From IMG/VR virus record IMGVR_UViG_3300021400_000027, positions 64,001 to 128,000 of that record: a stretch of DNA of 64,000 nucleotides, one strand, 5' to 3'. Below are positions 10,899-21,848 of this stretch, piece by piece. The translations under genes and the position numbers were made by a program. The notes under the pieces were generated by a model. It made no database searches, had not been told where the DNA came from, and saw nothing but the letters and a program-made list of their open reading frames with translations. This DNA comes from a virus. Its lineage: Duplodnaviria; Caudoviricetes. The stretch's first letter is position 1. Every line of letters starts with the position of its first letter.

Positions 10899-12053
10899 TT
10901 AAGCAATTTGAGAAAACTCACAATCTTCTTTGCTTTTGTCTGAACGCCATTTGGCAATTTTCCCATGACGTAAAGTATAAATACCATTGGTCTTTTCAAT
11001 TTCCATTGCGGTTAATTCCGCTACTTTACCAATTAAGGTTTTTCTTTTTTCGGAATCAATAATATCTTTCTTTAATTCGTCTGTAATACCAGAAATCCAA
11101 CCAATATGATAAGGTTTTCCATCTTTCATTACAGAGAAAGATACTGCACTTGCCCAACCATTAAAATAAGGTTTTGTTACAGGCTCCCACGGTGCGCCGG
11201 CGACATATTCTTGATAATGGTTGTCACTTGACTTCTCTCCGGTTTTAATATTCTCCCAGTAGTTCCAATTCTCAATTTCCTTACCAGAATAGAGACGAGT
11301 AGGAAATTTATAATCACCATCAAGAAAAGCATCAATTGTTTGCTCAATTTCCATTTTTACTTTTAAAGTTTTTCTTGCAGTTCTCTTTCCGGGTTCAGGC
11401 TTACTATCTTGTCTTGTAATAACAATTCCTTCTCCGCCAGCATCAAGAATTTTTCTTAATTCTTCCCAAAGCTCATCGCCTTTTAAATATTCTGCAAATT
11501 CTACACAAGCCGGCGCAAGGTCATTTGAGGATTTTTCTACATTAAGCCAACTTTCATAAAGAGAGTTTAATGCCTTAACTCTCTTCTCCATTGTCTTATC
11601 AAGATAGGTTTCGCCGCCTAATGCCCACATGTCAAAAATATAGTAATGTAAGGGTGAACCTTTTTCTTGACGTTGAACCGCTTTTTCTTTTAAACAACCA
11701 AGAATTGTAGTTACGTTTCTACTTCCTCTTTTTTCGGGAAAATAAAGTTCTCCTAATAATACTGTGCCGGCAGGCAACCAGTCAAAGAAAGTATTAAGCT
11801 GAGGAACCCACTCATGCTTATCCAAATACTCTCCATTCACGGACTTAGTCCTACCCTGCATAATAATATTGCCGTCCATATCTTTAATTAAACGAGAATA
11901 ATGTCCGTCCTTTTTCTCTGCACCCAGATAGGTGCCGGAAGTGATAAAGTTTTTAGTTTCCTTTTTTGAATCTCCTTTATAAGATTTCGGGAAACTCCAA
12001 TATTTCTCTGCCGGAAGTTCAATAAAATCTTTTTCTCCGATATAACCTCTCAT
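10899..12053 (-). CDS. ATP-dependent DNA ligase
   Basis: EKKDG adenylation motif, LLGEL, YIFD, GEGIVI, LKVK, C-terminal OB fold LRHG...WRSDK. Confidence 0.88.
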   Translation of the reverse strand: MRGYIGEKDFIELPAEKYWSFPKSYKGDSKKETKNFITSGTYLGAEKKDGHYSRLIKDMDGNIIMQGRTKSVNGEYLDKHEWVPQLNTFFDWLPAGTVLLGELYFPEKRGSRNVTTILGCLKEKAVQRQEKGSPLHYYIFDMWALGGETYLDKTMEKRVKALNSLYESWLNVEKSSNDLAPACVEFAEYLKGDELWEELRKILDAGGEGIVITRQDSKPEPGKRTARKTLKVKMEIEQTIDAFLDGDYKFPTRLYSGKEIENWNYWENIKTGEKSSDNHYQEYVAGAPWEPVTKPYFNGWASAVSFSVMKDGKPYHIGWISGITDELKKDIIDSEKRKTLIGKVAELTAMEIEKTNGIYTLRHGKIAKWRSDKSKEDCEFSQIA

Positions 12054-12520
12054 TGCACACTCTCCTTTGCTTTTACTGCAAGTCTATCAACAATTTCATT
12101 ATATTGATTACCAGAATGACCTTTAACTTTAACAAAACTAACGCAATCCTCATACTCATCAAGAATGCTCATGGCTTCCTTAATAATTTCTAAGTTCTTG
12201 ATTTCGCCGCCTTTTTTCTTCCAACCATTTGCTCTCCATTTCTTAGCCCATTGAGTTAAGGTATTAAGACTATAGGCACTATCAGTATAGATAACACAAG
12301 CATCAAAAGTTGAACCCGTTTTTGTGAAATCTTTTAGTGCTTCAAGAATAGCCATTAACTCCATGCGATTGTTTGTAGATTCTTTCTCTCCGTAAGACCA
12401 TTGATTAACAACTATTCCGTCAATTAACTTAACATACGCACATCCGCCATTATCTCTTATATATTCTCCATTTACCACACGCATAGTCGCTGCGCCATCA
12501 GTATAATATTCTACCATCAT
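12050..12520 (-). CDS. rnhA: Ribonuclease HI
   Basis: YTDGA, STNNRMELMA, YTDSAY, KVKGHSG..NE.VD.LA. Confidence 0.95.
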   Translation of the reverse strand: MMVEYYTDGAATMRVVNGEYIRDNGGCAYVKLIDGIVVNQWSYGEKESTNNRMELMAILEALKDFTKTGSTFDACVIYTDSAYSLNTLTQWAKKWRANGWKKKGGEIKNLEIIKEAMSILDEYEDCVSFVKVKGHSGNQYNEIVDRLAVKAKESVQ

Positions 12521-12530
12521 CTAATCTCCT

Positions 12531-13157
12531 TTAAATCTTTTTCATGCGCCGCCACGGCTGAATTGGTTTCCAACCTTTCTTGGATTTTACCCCAAGCCGG
12601 CGCAACAAGTCATATTCGTCCAATGCATCTGCTAATCCCATATGAACTTCATTATATCCTTTATTTCCAGTATAGAACTGATAAACTGTTTCAAAAGTTG
12701 CACTGGGGTAGCCCTTTTCTGTTTTATAATCATTCTATTTACAGAACTCAACATATTCCGGCGTATCCATAATTTCAAAAAACGCCGCTGTCATTATATC
12801 ACACGGAGTTAAAATTTTTTTAAGTTCTTCTTCTGGCATTATCTTGCTGAGTTTTCGCCAATCAAACTTTACATTATAAGCATATAATTCCTTAATATCA
12901 TATTCCTATACCATTTTATAAAAGTCATAGGTAAAATCCTCATCAGTATCATAACAAAGAAATTCATCTTTATTTAAATTAAAGTATGATAAATTTTCAG
13001 GAGCATATCTTGCACTCCTATTTTCTTTTATATGATTTGTCATTATAATATTTTTAGTTTCAATTACATTATCCTAATTACCAATTACAATACCAATGTT
13101 ATAAGGTGCTTGTTCGTAAATGTCCGCTTCAACGTCAACTACCATAAAATTTCTCAT
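12531..13157 (-). CDS. DEDDh 3'-5' exonuclease (code 15)
   Basis: VVDVE, AYNVKFD, HMGLADA motifs; intact only with TAG read-through. Confidence 0.8.
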
Positions 13158-13161
13158 ATAA

Positions 13162-13665
13162 TCACTCCATAATATACTTATTCGTAAAAATAACTGCTTT
13201 TTCTTTTAAATCTTCAATTGTATCAATATTATCCACTATAATATCGTAGTTATAATTAAACACATTATCATCTGCATGATTACCATATCTTATCGGTTCG
13301 CCACGTTTTACAAGAATAGTAGTTGCATTAAAATCTTTTACTAATCGTTCAATATCTGAACGTTCTCTTGCATCAATAAAAAGGACTTTAGTCCCAGCTT
13401 CCTGTTCCATTAAGATTCTGGACTTTATAACCTGATAAGGACTATCATTATATTCAGCAAGTAAGTCCTTAAGACGACTTAAGAAAAGTCTATCTCTCAT
13501 ATCTTTACTGCCGTCCCAACCAATTGAAGTAGCTATATCCTTTATCATATCAATCATTGACATTTTTGTAAAACGAATATATCTCATCGTACAAACCTCT
13601 TGAACGAGTCTTTCAAATGTGTCTTTACCTACGCCGCCTTGTCCATTTACAATAAATACTTTCAT
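13162..13665 (-). CDS. P-loop dNMP kinase-like protein
   Basis: GQGGVGKDT P-loop, FIDARE, YDIIVDN. Confidence 0.75.
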   Translation of the reverse strand: MKVFIVNGQGGVGKDTFERLVQEVCTMRYIRFTKMSMIDMIKDIATSIGWDGSKDMRDRLFLSRLKDLLAEYNDSPYQVIKSRILMEQEAGTKVLFIDARERSDIERLVKDFNATTILVKRGEPIRYGNHADDNVFNYNYDIIVDNIDTIEDLKEKAVIFTNKYIME

Positions 13666-13677
13666 TGAAATCTCTCC

Positions 13678-14559
13678 TTACTTATATTTAAGTTTTTCGG
13701 TAGAACTCCATTCTCCAAAGTATATTGGCTAAATATCATGTGACCTTAATATAGCAATCGGCATATCACAATTGTTAATATTGCTTTCATCAGGAATATT
13801 CGCCTTATTCTTTAAATAGAATGAAAATTCGCTATCAAGAATTTGAGGATACTTGTCTGTGTAAAAATAGAAGATTAACCCATCAAAATCTTCTACTGCA
13901 TTCAGGATTATCGTATCTTCTTCAATTTCGCCTGTTAATTTTACAAGTGCAATATTATTCTAATATTCTTTTTTTGAAAAGTCAATTAAACATTTGTCTC
14001 TGTTACAGAAACGGTTAAATTGTTGAATCACTGGATTCTTGTCTAATTGAATTTTATCTTTTGGATAATAACCTAACTAATAGAAAATTTGCACCTATCT
14101 TAACTAATCTGGTGTGAATTTTTTTAAAGGTCTCCATATCGGGCAATCAAATTCTTTAAACTCAATGCCTGTTTTTGCTACTTCATATAGAGGATTAAAA
14201 GGCTATATTATAATAGTATTATTACTTTTAATAAGTTTTTTTAATCTGAAAGAAAAAATTTTTTTCTCTTTTTTTACAATGTCTTTCTTTGTATATTTGA
14301 CTTTTCCATAAAGGACAAGCTAAAATTTAAAAGGACAGACTTGTTGTAAATTTTTTAACATTCGATAACAAATTAAACTAATTAAATCATCTTTATAATC
14401 AAGAACAAAAATTTTATTTGCACTATTTTCAAACTATTTAACAAACTCATTCATTTTCTGATTTACTAAATAATTTGTATAGGCTTCTAATGAGAAGTTT
14501 TTAACAGGATATTCCATATCCATATTAAACATTTGAATCTTCTATTCTGTATCTATCAT
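13678..14559 (-). CDS. Hypothetical protein (code 15, many TAG)
   Basis: RBS AAGGAGG and TTGACT..TATAAT promoter upstream; frame ends at TAA 13678. Confidence 0.65.
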
Positions 14560-14636
14560 TATTATCAACCTCCTTATATAATATAATATCATAAAATTAA
14601 TAAATAGTCAATTAAACTATTTTCTTAAAAAAAGGA

Positions 14637-14703
14637 GTGATTGCGTCAATGGAGCGCGAAGCGCGAAATTGACACAATCACGCGCCCAGCGAAGCTGGAG
14701 CGC
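14637..14703. other. GC-rich double hairpin with two GCGAAGC loops at the strand switch
   Basis: GTGATTGCGTCAAT/ATTGACACAATCAC stem enclosing GCGCGAAGCGC, then CCAGCGAAGCTGG. Confidence 0.6.
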
Positions 14704-14803
14704 AACCTACAAGGCTTAAATCCTTATTTAAAGTAAAACTGGCTAAATTGACTTTATAATAAAAATATGTTAAAATAATAGAGAAATAAGGGAGATGATT
14801 AAG

Positions 14804-15052
14804 ATGAATATAACATATAAGTTATAGAGAGATATTGTATCAAGAAGAGCTACAATGCTTGCTTGGAATTTAAAGTCTCTCCACTCTGCTGTACGCATAG
14901 TCCATAATGAAAATGTTATAAATGGAAAATCTCTTATTGGGATTCTTAATACGTATATGCGTGCCGGCGAAACAATTACTGTTGTAGTTGATGAATTAGA
15001 GGACGTTGATAATGTAAAGGAAATTTTTAATGAATTTGCGGTTCTGGTTTAA
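14804..15052 (+). CDS. HPr/Crh-like protein (code 15)
   Basis: INGKSLIGIL matches the HPr Ser46 motif; no His15 motif; one TAG at codon 8. Confidence 0.7.
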
Positions 15053-15271
15053 ATGAACGAGAACAACAATTTTCTCAATTTAATTAATATTGCTGACTTT
15101 GTACTTGGAATAATGAACTTATAGGAAAATCTAACACAAAGTGATAAGCAAGAAATTGTTGATAAATTAGGAAAGGAATCTGATGTAATTCTAAATAAAA
15201 TCCATGAACATTTGGAATAGTAGGATAAGAAAATAGATAGGATTTTAGAAATTTTAGAGAAAAAATTGTAA
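15053..15271 (+). CDS. Small coiled-coil hypothetical protein (code 15)
   Basis: MNENNNF...NL(Q)ENLTQSDKQ...; ends TAA. Confidence 0.65.
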
Positions 15272-15381
15272 TTCGTTTCTGGCTCAAATAACTAACCCAT
15301 CAAGTTATTTTACGAAGTACAATTTACCATAATGGGATAGGGTTTAGCTCTATCCCTTTCTTACTAAGGAGGAGATATAAG

Positions 15382-16392
15382 ATGAATAGAGATTGTGGTT
15401 GTAAACATCATGCAAGAAACATTATGATTGACGACCTTGGTGATAATTTTAATTGGACTGATAGAGAAAAGAATGTATAGAATGCGTTGGAATTGCTCGC
15501 CGGCGCAAGAGACCTTGAATAGTTATCAAAATTAATTAATTCTTTAACAAATAATTTAACTGCTTTAATTAATTTAGAAAATTAGATTAAAGCATTGCAA
15601 GATAAACTTGATGACGTTATCAGTTCTTATAACTTATATGGAACAGTAGATACAGACGGTATATATATAAATCCATATTATAATGGAGATGAAGATGAGC
15701 CTTATTACTATAGAACAATTTTTTGGGATGATGAAAATTAGAAACTTCTATTCCCAGATTTAAATGGCGATGGTGTGGTTGATTTTGCAGACTATAATAT
15801 TGCTTTTTATTTAAAATACTATATAAATGAGGCTTATGAGAAGGGAACTGAAGAAACTCTAAGGAATTATTTGACTCAATCAAAAGAAGAAAGAGAGAGT
15901 GTCGACTTAGCAAATATTAAAGATTTAACACCAGAATTTAGTTAGCTCATTATTTCTTTATTAAATAAAGAACGTAACTTAACTGATTATGACCTTCAAA
16001 TTATTAGTGACTATATTAAAGATGCTACAACTGGTAAGTTAATTTATACTGATGATAAAGATATTGCAAGTGTAGTTGAAATGAGTGAGGACGGGTTTAA
16101 TGATTATGTTAATTTTAAAAATCCTTTACTTTTCTTGCAGTGGCCTGATATAAATGGAGATGGAAGTGTAAATGCTCAGGATGCATCCGCAGTTTTAGTT
16201 ATTTCTGCGAATATAGGTGCAGGAAATAGTAGTGCAATTCCAGCAAATCGACAGAAATGGGTAAAGGATTATGTTAATGCAGGATTCGCCTCAAAGATAT
16301 TAGTTTTTGTGGCAGATAGCGGAGCAGGAAATGTAACAAATAATGAAAAAGGATGGGCAGAATTTTTAATACAGAAAGGAGATAATACTTAA
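15382..16392 (+). CDS. Dockerin-motif-containing protein (code 15)
   Basis: RBS AAGGAGGAG; two Ca-binding loops DLNGDGVVDFAD and DINGDGSVNAQDA. Confidence 0.75.
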
Positions 16393-17510
16393 TGCCATTA
16401 CTACCAGATTCAACTTATAAGATAGATGGATTAATAGTTAAAGAATACTTCTTAACTAAACATAATCAAAATAAAATTTCTATGCCGTCCTATGCTATGC
16501 CGGCGAAACCCGTAGGAGTTACAATTCATAATACAGATTAGATTACTGTTGCAAGTAATACAACTCCTGCAGAGCAATATACAAGAGCGACAGTTAATGG
16601 GCATATGAAAGACGTTCGAGTTCATTTCTATGTAGATGAAGAGTGCGCATGGTAGAATTTACCTTTAACTTTAAGTGGCTGGCATGCTGCTGATGGTAAT
16701 GGAGATGGAAACAGAAAAACTATTGCAATTGAAATAATTGGTAGTAGTAAGAAAGCAGAAGAAAATGGAATTAAACTTGCAGCTTGGTTACTTAACAAAT
16801 ATGAGCTTAATATTGACCACCTCTATACTCACACTTATTGGCTTAATATTAGAGATAGAAAGAAAGGAACTATTGATTCTCTTAACGTACTATATAATAA
16901 AAGTAAAATGTGTCCTGCTTATATTTTGCCTCATTGGCAAGAATTTAAAGATAAAGTAAAAGAAAAACTTAATATAAAAGACAGTTCTCCTACTGTTGCG
17001 CCGGCAGCCAAAACTTTAAAGGAAGCTCCTAAAGTCGAGAAGGAAATTGAAGTTGACCCAACCTATGAAAAATTAGGTGTTGCGGCGCAAAGTGAAGTAG
17101 ATGTGTTCTATTAGGTTTATACTAAAAGGAAATGGCTTCCAATTGTTAAAAATTTAGAGGACTATGCTGGCTTAAAGAATAATTCCTTTACTTGTTTAGC
17201 TGCCTATTCTTCACAAGGTAAATTAATCTATCGAGTGCATTAGCTTGGCTCATATTGGATGAAATGGGTTAATAAATATGACTTAAAACATATTGATGGT
17301 TATGCCGGAATTGGAGGAGTTAAAATAGATGCAGTTCAAATTAAACTTGAAGACTTACCGGGTTATACTGTAAGATATAGAGTAGCGGCGGTAGGACAAG
17401 ATTACTATCCTTGGGTAGTGGGAGCGAATGACAATACTTTTGCTGGTTTGCAAGGTAAACAAATTGATAGAATTCAAATTGAAATTGTAAAGATAAGAGG
17501 AAACAACTAA
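16392..17510 (+). CDS. N-acetylmuramoyl-L-alanine amidase endolysin (Amidase_2) with C-terminal cell-wall-binding repeats (code 15)
   Basis: TIHNT, VHFYVD, AW(TAG)NLP, GWHAADG, IAIEI, YTH, CP; joins track ORFs 16908 and 17259. Confidence 0.92.
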
Positions 17511-17569
17511 AGAGTTTCCTCTTTAATTCTACTTTGAGGTTAGAAATCTGAGAAAAAGGAGGGATTTGA

Positions 17570-17881
17570 ATGTTGACTAGTTTAACAGCAGGCACTACGC
17601 TTGGAGTGCTAGGAGCATTATCGGCACTAACAAATATAATTGTAGAACTGGTTAAAGGCTATTTACCTAAAGTTCCAACTAAAATTGTTACTTTAATTGT
17701 GGCAATCACAGTTTGTTTGGTCTATGCAATCATGGAAATGGGATTCGTTGCGCCGGCACTGGTATTTGGAATTTTTGGTGGATTTGTCGTTGCTTATATA
17801 GCAATGAATGGATTTGATACGTTAAGAGATATTACTAACAGATTTAAATTAGAAGATAAAGGAGGTGGAAAGAATGAATGA
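17570..17881 (+). CDS. Holin
   Basis: Three hydrophobic helices, AMNGFD motif, next to endolysin. Confidence 0.8.
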   Translation: MLTSLTAGTTLGVLGALSALTNIIVELVKGYLPKVPTKIVTLIVAITVCLVYAIMEMGFVAPALVFGIFGGFVVAYIAMNGFDTLRDITNRFKLEDKGGGKNE

Positions 17882-20800
17882 GTATAATAGTGTAGAGGAA
17901 TTATTAAATGATTTACTTGATGGTGAAGTTGATGGAGTTTTAGACGCTTCTGCGAATAATAGTGAGAAAATAACTAAGAGTAATTTTAATTAGGCTTCAT
18001 TAAAAAATTACTTCTTACATCAGCCAGATTTTTGGTGGGAGTTTGCAAAATACATGAAATAGCATAATGGTACTTTGCAATCTAATTTAAAAGATGTTGG
18101 CGGCACAGGTGATGAAGAGCAATTTTCAGTTGGTAAATATATAGATTCTAAAATTGATTTTTATAATTTATTTGATAATATTTACAACAATTACATTAAA
18201 TAGAATAAGGATTCTATTGATTTGACTTCTGAAACTGGTTTAAGTCCGGAAATTAAAGACTATTTTTGGAACGAATCTATGAATAAATTATTAGCATATT
18301 TCTATGCTAAAATTGACCCAGAAGGAGCAGAAAGTTTAGAAAAAACAAATACAGATGAAGTTCTTCCAGATACAAATAATGTTTTTGAAGATGGAGCAAT
18401 TCCAACTGATGGAACTATTAAAAATTTCTATATGAAAGATGTTAGAAGAGCTGACGCTGGTTTTACATTCAATGCCGGCGGACCGTGGGTTAAGCCTCAA
18501 TATAATATTGATGGAGAAACTTACAAATATGTTCGTGGAATTGATAAAATTATTAGTGTTCTTGCTAATGATGCGGAACTCCAATTTACAAGAAGTGCAA
18601 ATAAAGAAAATGAAAACTATCCAAAATATCTTAGACTATTAATGCCTAAATATTTAAGATATGTTGAAGTAGAAGACCTTAATAGAAATTTCTGGGTAAT
18701 CGGTCAAACAATCTCTGCAATTTCTGCTTATTTATTTTCAGATGATTCTCCTTTAAAAAATGGATTAAAAGGAGCATTAGATGAAATTGCTCAGTTATGG
18801 GAAAATGTTTTCTTTCTTTGGCTAACGGCTGCGGCAACGTCTTAGAAACCAAAATATACTGATTTACATGTAGAAACAGTTTATTTACCAAATTCTGAAC
18901 ATCAGAACTATTTAAAATTTGATGATTTTGATAAGAATAATTTAATAGAATTTGATGAGAATAATCCTCGTTTTGCTATTGGTGCGAATTGGGCAGAAAT
19001 TAAAAAGAGAATTGCTTACATTAAAGATTCATATCCAAAATGTAATATTTGTATAATTCCGGAAATTAGAGCTTTTAATTATAAACACAATTACTATTCT
19101 TTATCTTACTTTCCCGGTCTTTACCTATATGATAGAAATAAAGATGAAGAATATATTGTTAATTTTAAATCTACTGGAAGCGAAAGTGATGGAATAATTT
19201 TTGATATATACAATTATGTAGATTTCTTGTGGGCAATTAGTGAAAATGATTATGAAAATACTTATGAATATTATTTTCCACTTTCAAATATGGCTGTTCG
19301 CACAGAAGAGAAAGACAAAATTTTTTATTGTCTTGGATAGGTAACTTCTGAAATTAATATCGAATATAATGCGGAACAGCAGGCATTTGTGCTTAAAAAA
19401 CTCAGCATTGAACTCATAGACCGTGCTTCTGAATTAATTAATAAAAGAATTAATGCTCCTATATTAATATGTAGACCTACAGAAGCACTTGGAAATGATG
19501 GTATTATTATTAATCCTGATAATTATTTGCTAATGTATAAGGCTTATCCTTATCGTTTATCTCCTTCATTAGTTCCAAAATCTTCTTCTACTATAGAATC
19601 GACTCCAATAGAAGCTGGATATTATCAAGGTGAATTATTAAGCTATTGGAAAGAAGTCACTGTAACTCCTTATAATTTTCAAACTAAAGATATAGGCTTG
19701 TTACCAGCATTTTATTTTTATAAAGTAGAGTAGAGTACGTTAAAATATTTATCTGATGCAGAAAGAAATGTAGATATATATAATAATTATGTTAAGAATT
19801 TTTATGATGCTCTTCCTAGTAACATGCAAAATAATGATAAAATAAAAATGCTTAATAATCAATTTTTATACGCCGGCGGCGCAATTGAAATTTTGGAAGC
19901 TATTGAGCAAGAAATTAAATAGCGTAATTCAGATAAAAACGTTTATATTTTTAAAACGTTCGATTCAAATAATAATTTAAGTTTTTATAGTTGGTCTACA
20001 GCATATGCCTCAATTATTGATAAAATTGTCGATTAGGAAGATATTACCGTTTCTGTATCTTTAAATAATACTCAAATTATTGAAGATAAAGAAGGAGAAT
20101 TCTTTAACGGATTATTTGAATCAATTGGAGAATAGTTAAAAAATAATCAGTTATCAGTTGATGATTTAATTTCATTTGATATAGAGGGCAAAACTGTTGA
20201 AGTCAAAGTTACGGAAGATATGCTTTATGATTTGGCAGATTATTTTGAAAAATGGAATAAAATAAATCAAGTTGTATTAACACTTCTTGGACAAAAGATA
20301 AGAGGAGAAAAAGATACAGTAAATTTAGTAAATCCTTCACAATATATTGAAGGACTATTAAATATGAATTATTATAATGCAAACACAGGTAATAGCTATA
20401 TTCCTTACTATAATTATAATGATGCGATAAGTGTTAATGTTTCTCCAAATACTCAACCATTTAATCCTCATCCATTTATTGTAAATCCAATAGCAGATAA
20501 TGAAAATAATTATTATATTGTTGATGCTTAGTCTAATAGTAGAACAGCGTCAATTAATAGATATGATTTGGATTTAGTCGAAAGAGCAGTAGATTACTGG
20601 GGTAGATATTATGATTCTTTAGGAGATTATAGAACAATTATAATTTCTATGGGTGGTAGACCAGCAGCAGTAGGAAGCAATCTACCTTTCGGTCCAGATA
20701 ATGCAGTTTTTGAAATTTATAATGATATGACCGTAGGCTTAGATAAAAATGAGACACCTTTATCTATTTAGTTGCCGGCATATACAACCATTACTTCAAT

Positions 20801-21848
20801 GGAAAGAGCTGTTGCAGTAAGAGTTCCATATATGGATAATGGAGTACTAAAAAATAAAATAATTAGCTATAAAAATTATCATTCTGCTTATGGCTTTGAA
20901 GATTTTCATAAAAAGTTAATTAATGACTTAAATAATAGCACTTCTCAAAATTATCAATATCGTGGAAATGGAAGCATGTCTTTATTAGGAATTATAAATG
21001 GTTCTGTTGCTGATGGATATTTAGATGGAGACACATATACAACTTCCGTTTCTGGAAATGGCGATAAACAATATTTATTAATGACTGTTGATGGGGACCC
21101 TCTTGGTGAAGATAATTGGTTAATAGTTAAGGTTTCTTTCCCATATGGTGCCGCCGCACCTGATATATTCTATACAAGTAAAATGGTTGGAACACAAGTT
21201 GAAAATACTGACATTGAGTTCAATATTTTCCCATATTGTATGGGATGGAGTGGTGTAGATATTGAGCATACGTATTCTGAAATGAATGAGAATACTATTA
21301 ACAATGCTTATAATGATTACGTTAGAGATAGATTGAGACGACAATTAAGATATAGAAACTCTTTAGTTAATGCTGGAGGAAAATGGTATACTTAGAATAC
21401 TCGTGGTGTAGATGTATTTCTTAATGCTGATATAGTTAATTAGTTAAGAGTAGATATATTTGCGCCGGACGGCAGTTTCTCTACTACAAAATATATTAGA
21501 AATTACACTGGAATGACTATAAATGGAATTCCGAATGTAAAATGGTGTAAGAATACTGAACAGGCTGTAATAAATGATGTAAATAATATTTATTTCCCTT
21601 ATTCCTATAAGTATAATGCATCTACTGGTGTAATTACTCCGGGCGCAGAAATTTCAAGAGAAGGATATTAGGTCATTTATAATTCTAATTCTGGAAAAGA
21701 TTATGAACGTTATAAATCTAATGGACGTTATATTCCTTGTACTGCCGATGACCCTTATACTCCAGATGCTATATTAAATGAATACAATTTGTAGCCAGAT
21801 GATAATGATGACAACTGGCCTATTGTTTGGGCAGAAGGTGTTGAATAA
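17874..21848 (+). CDS. Large putative virion protein, ~1324 aa (code 15)
   Basis: Track ORFs 18222, 19389, 20220, 20568, 20772 share one frame and each ends in TAG; N-terminal domain paralogous to the next gene. Confidence 0.8.
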
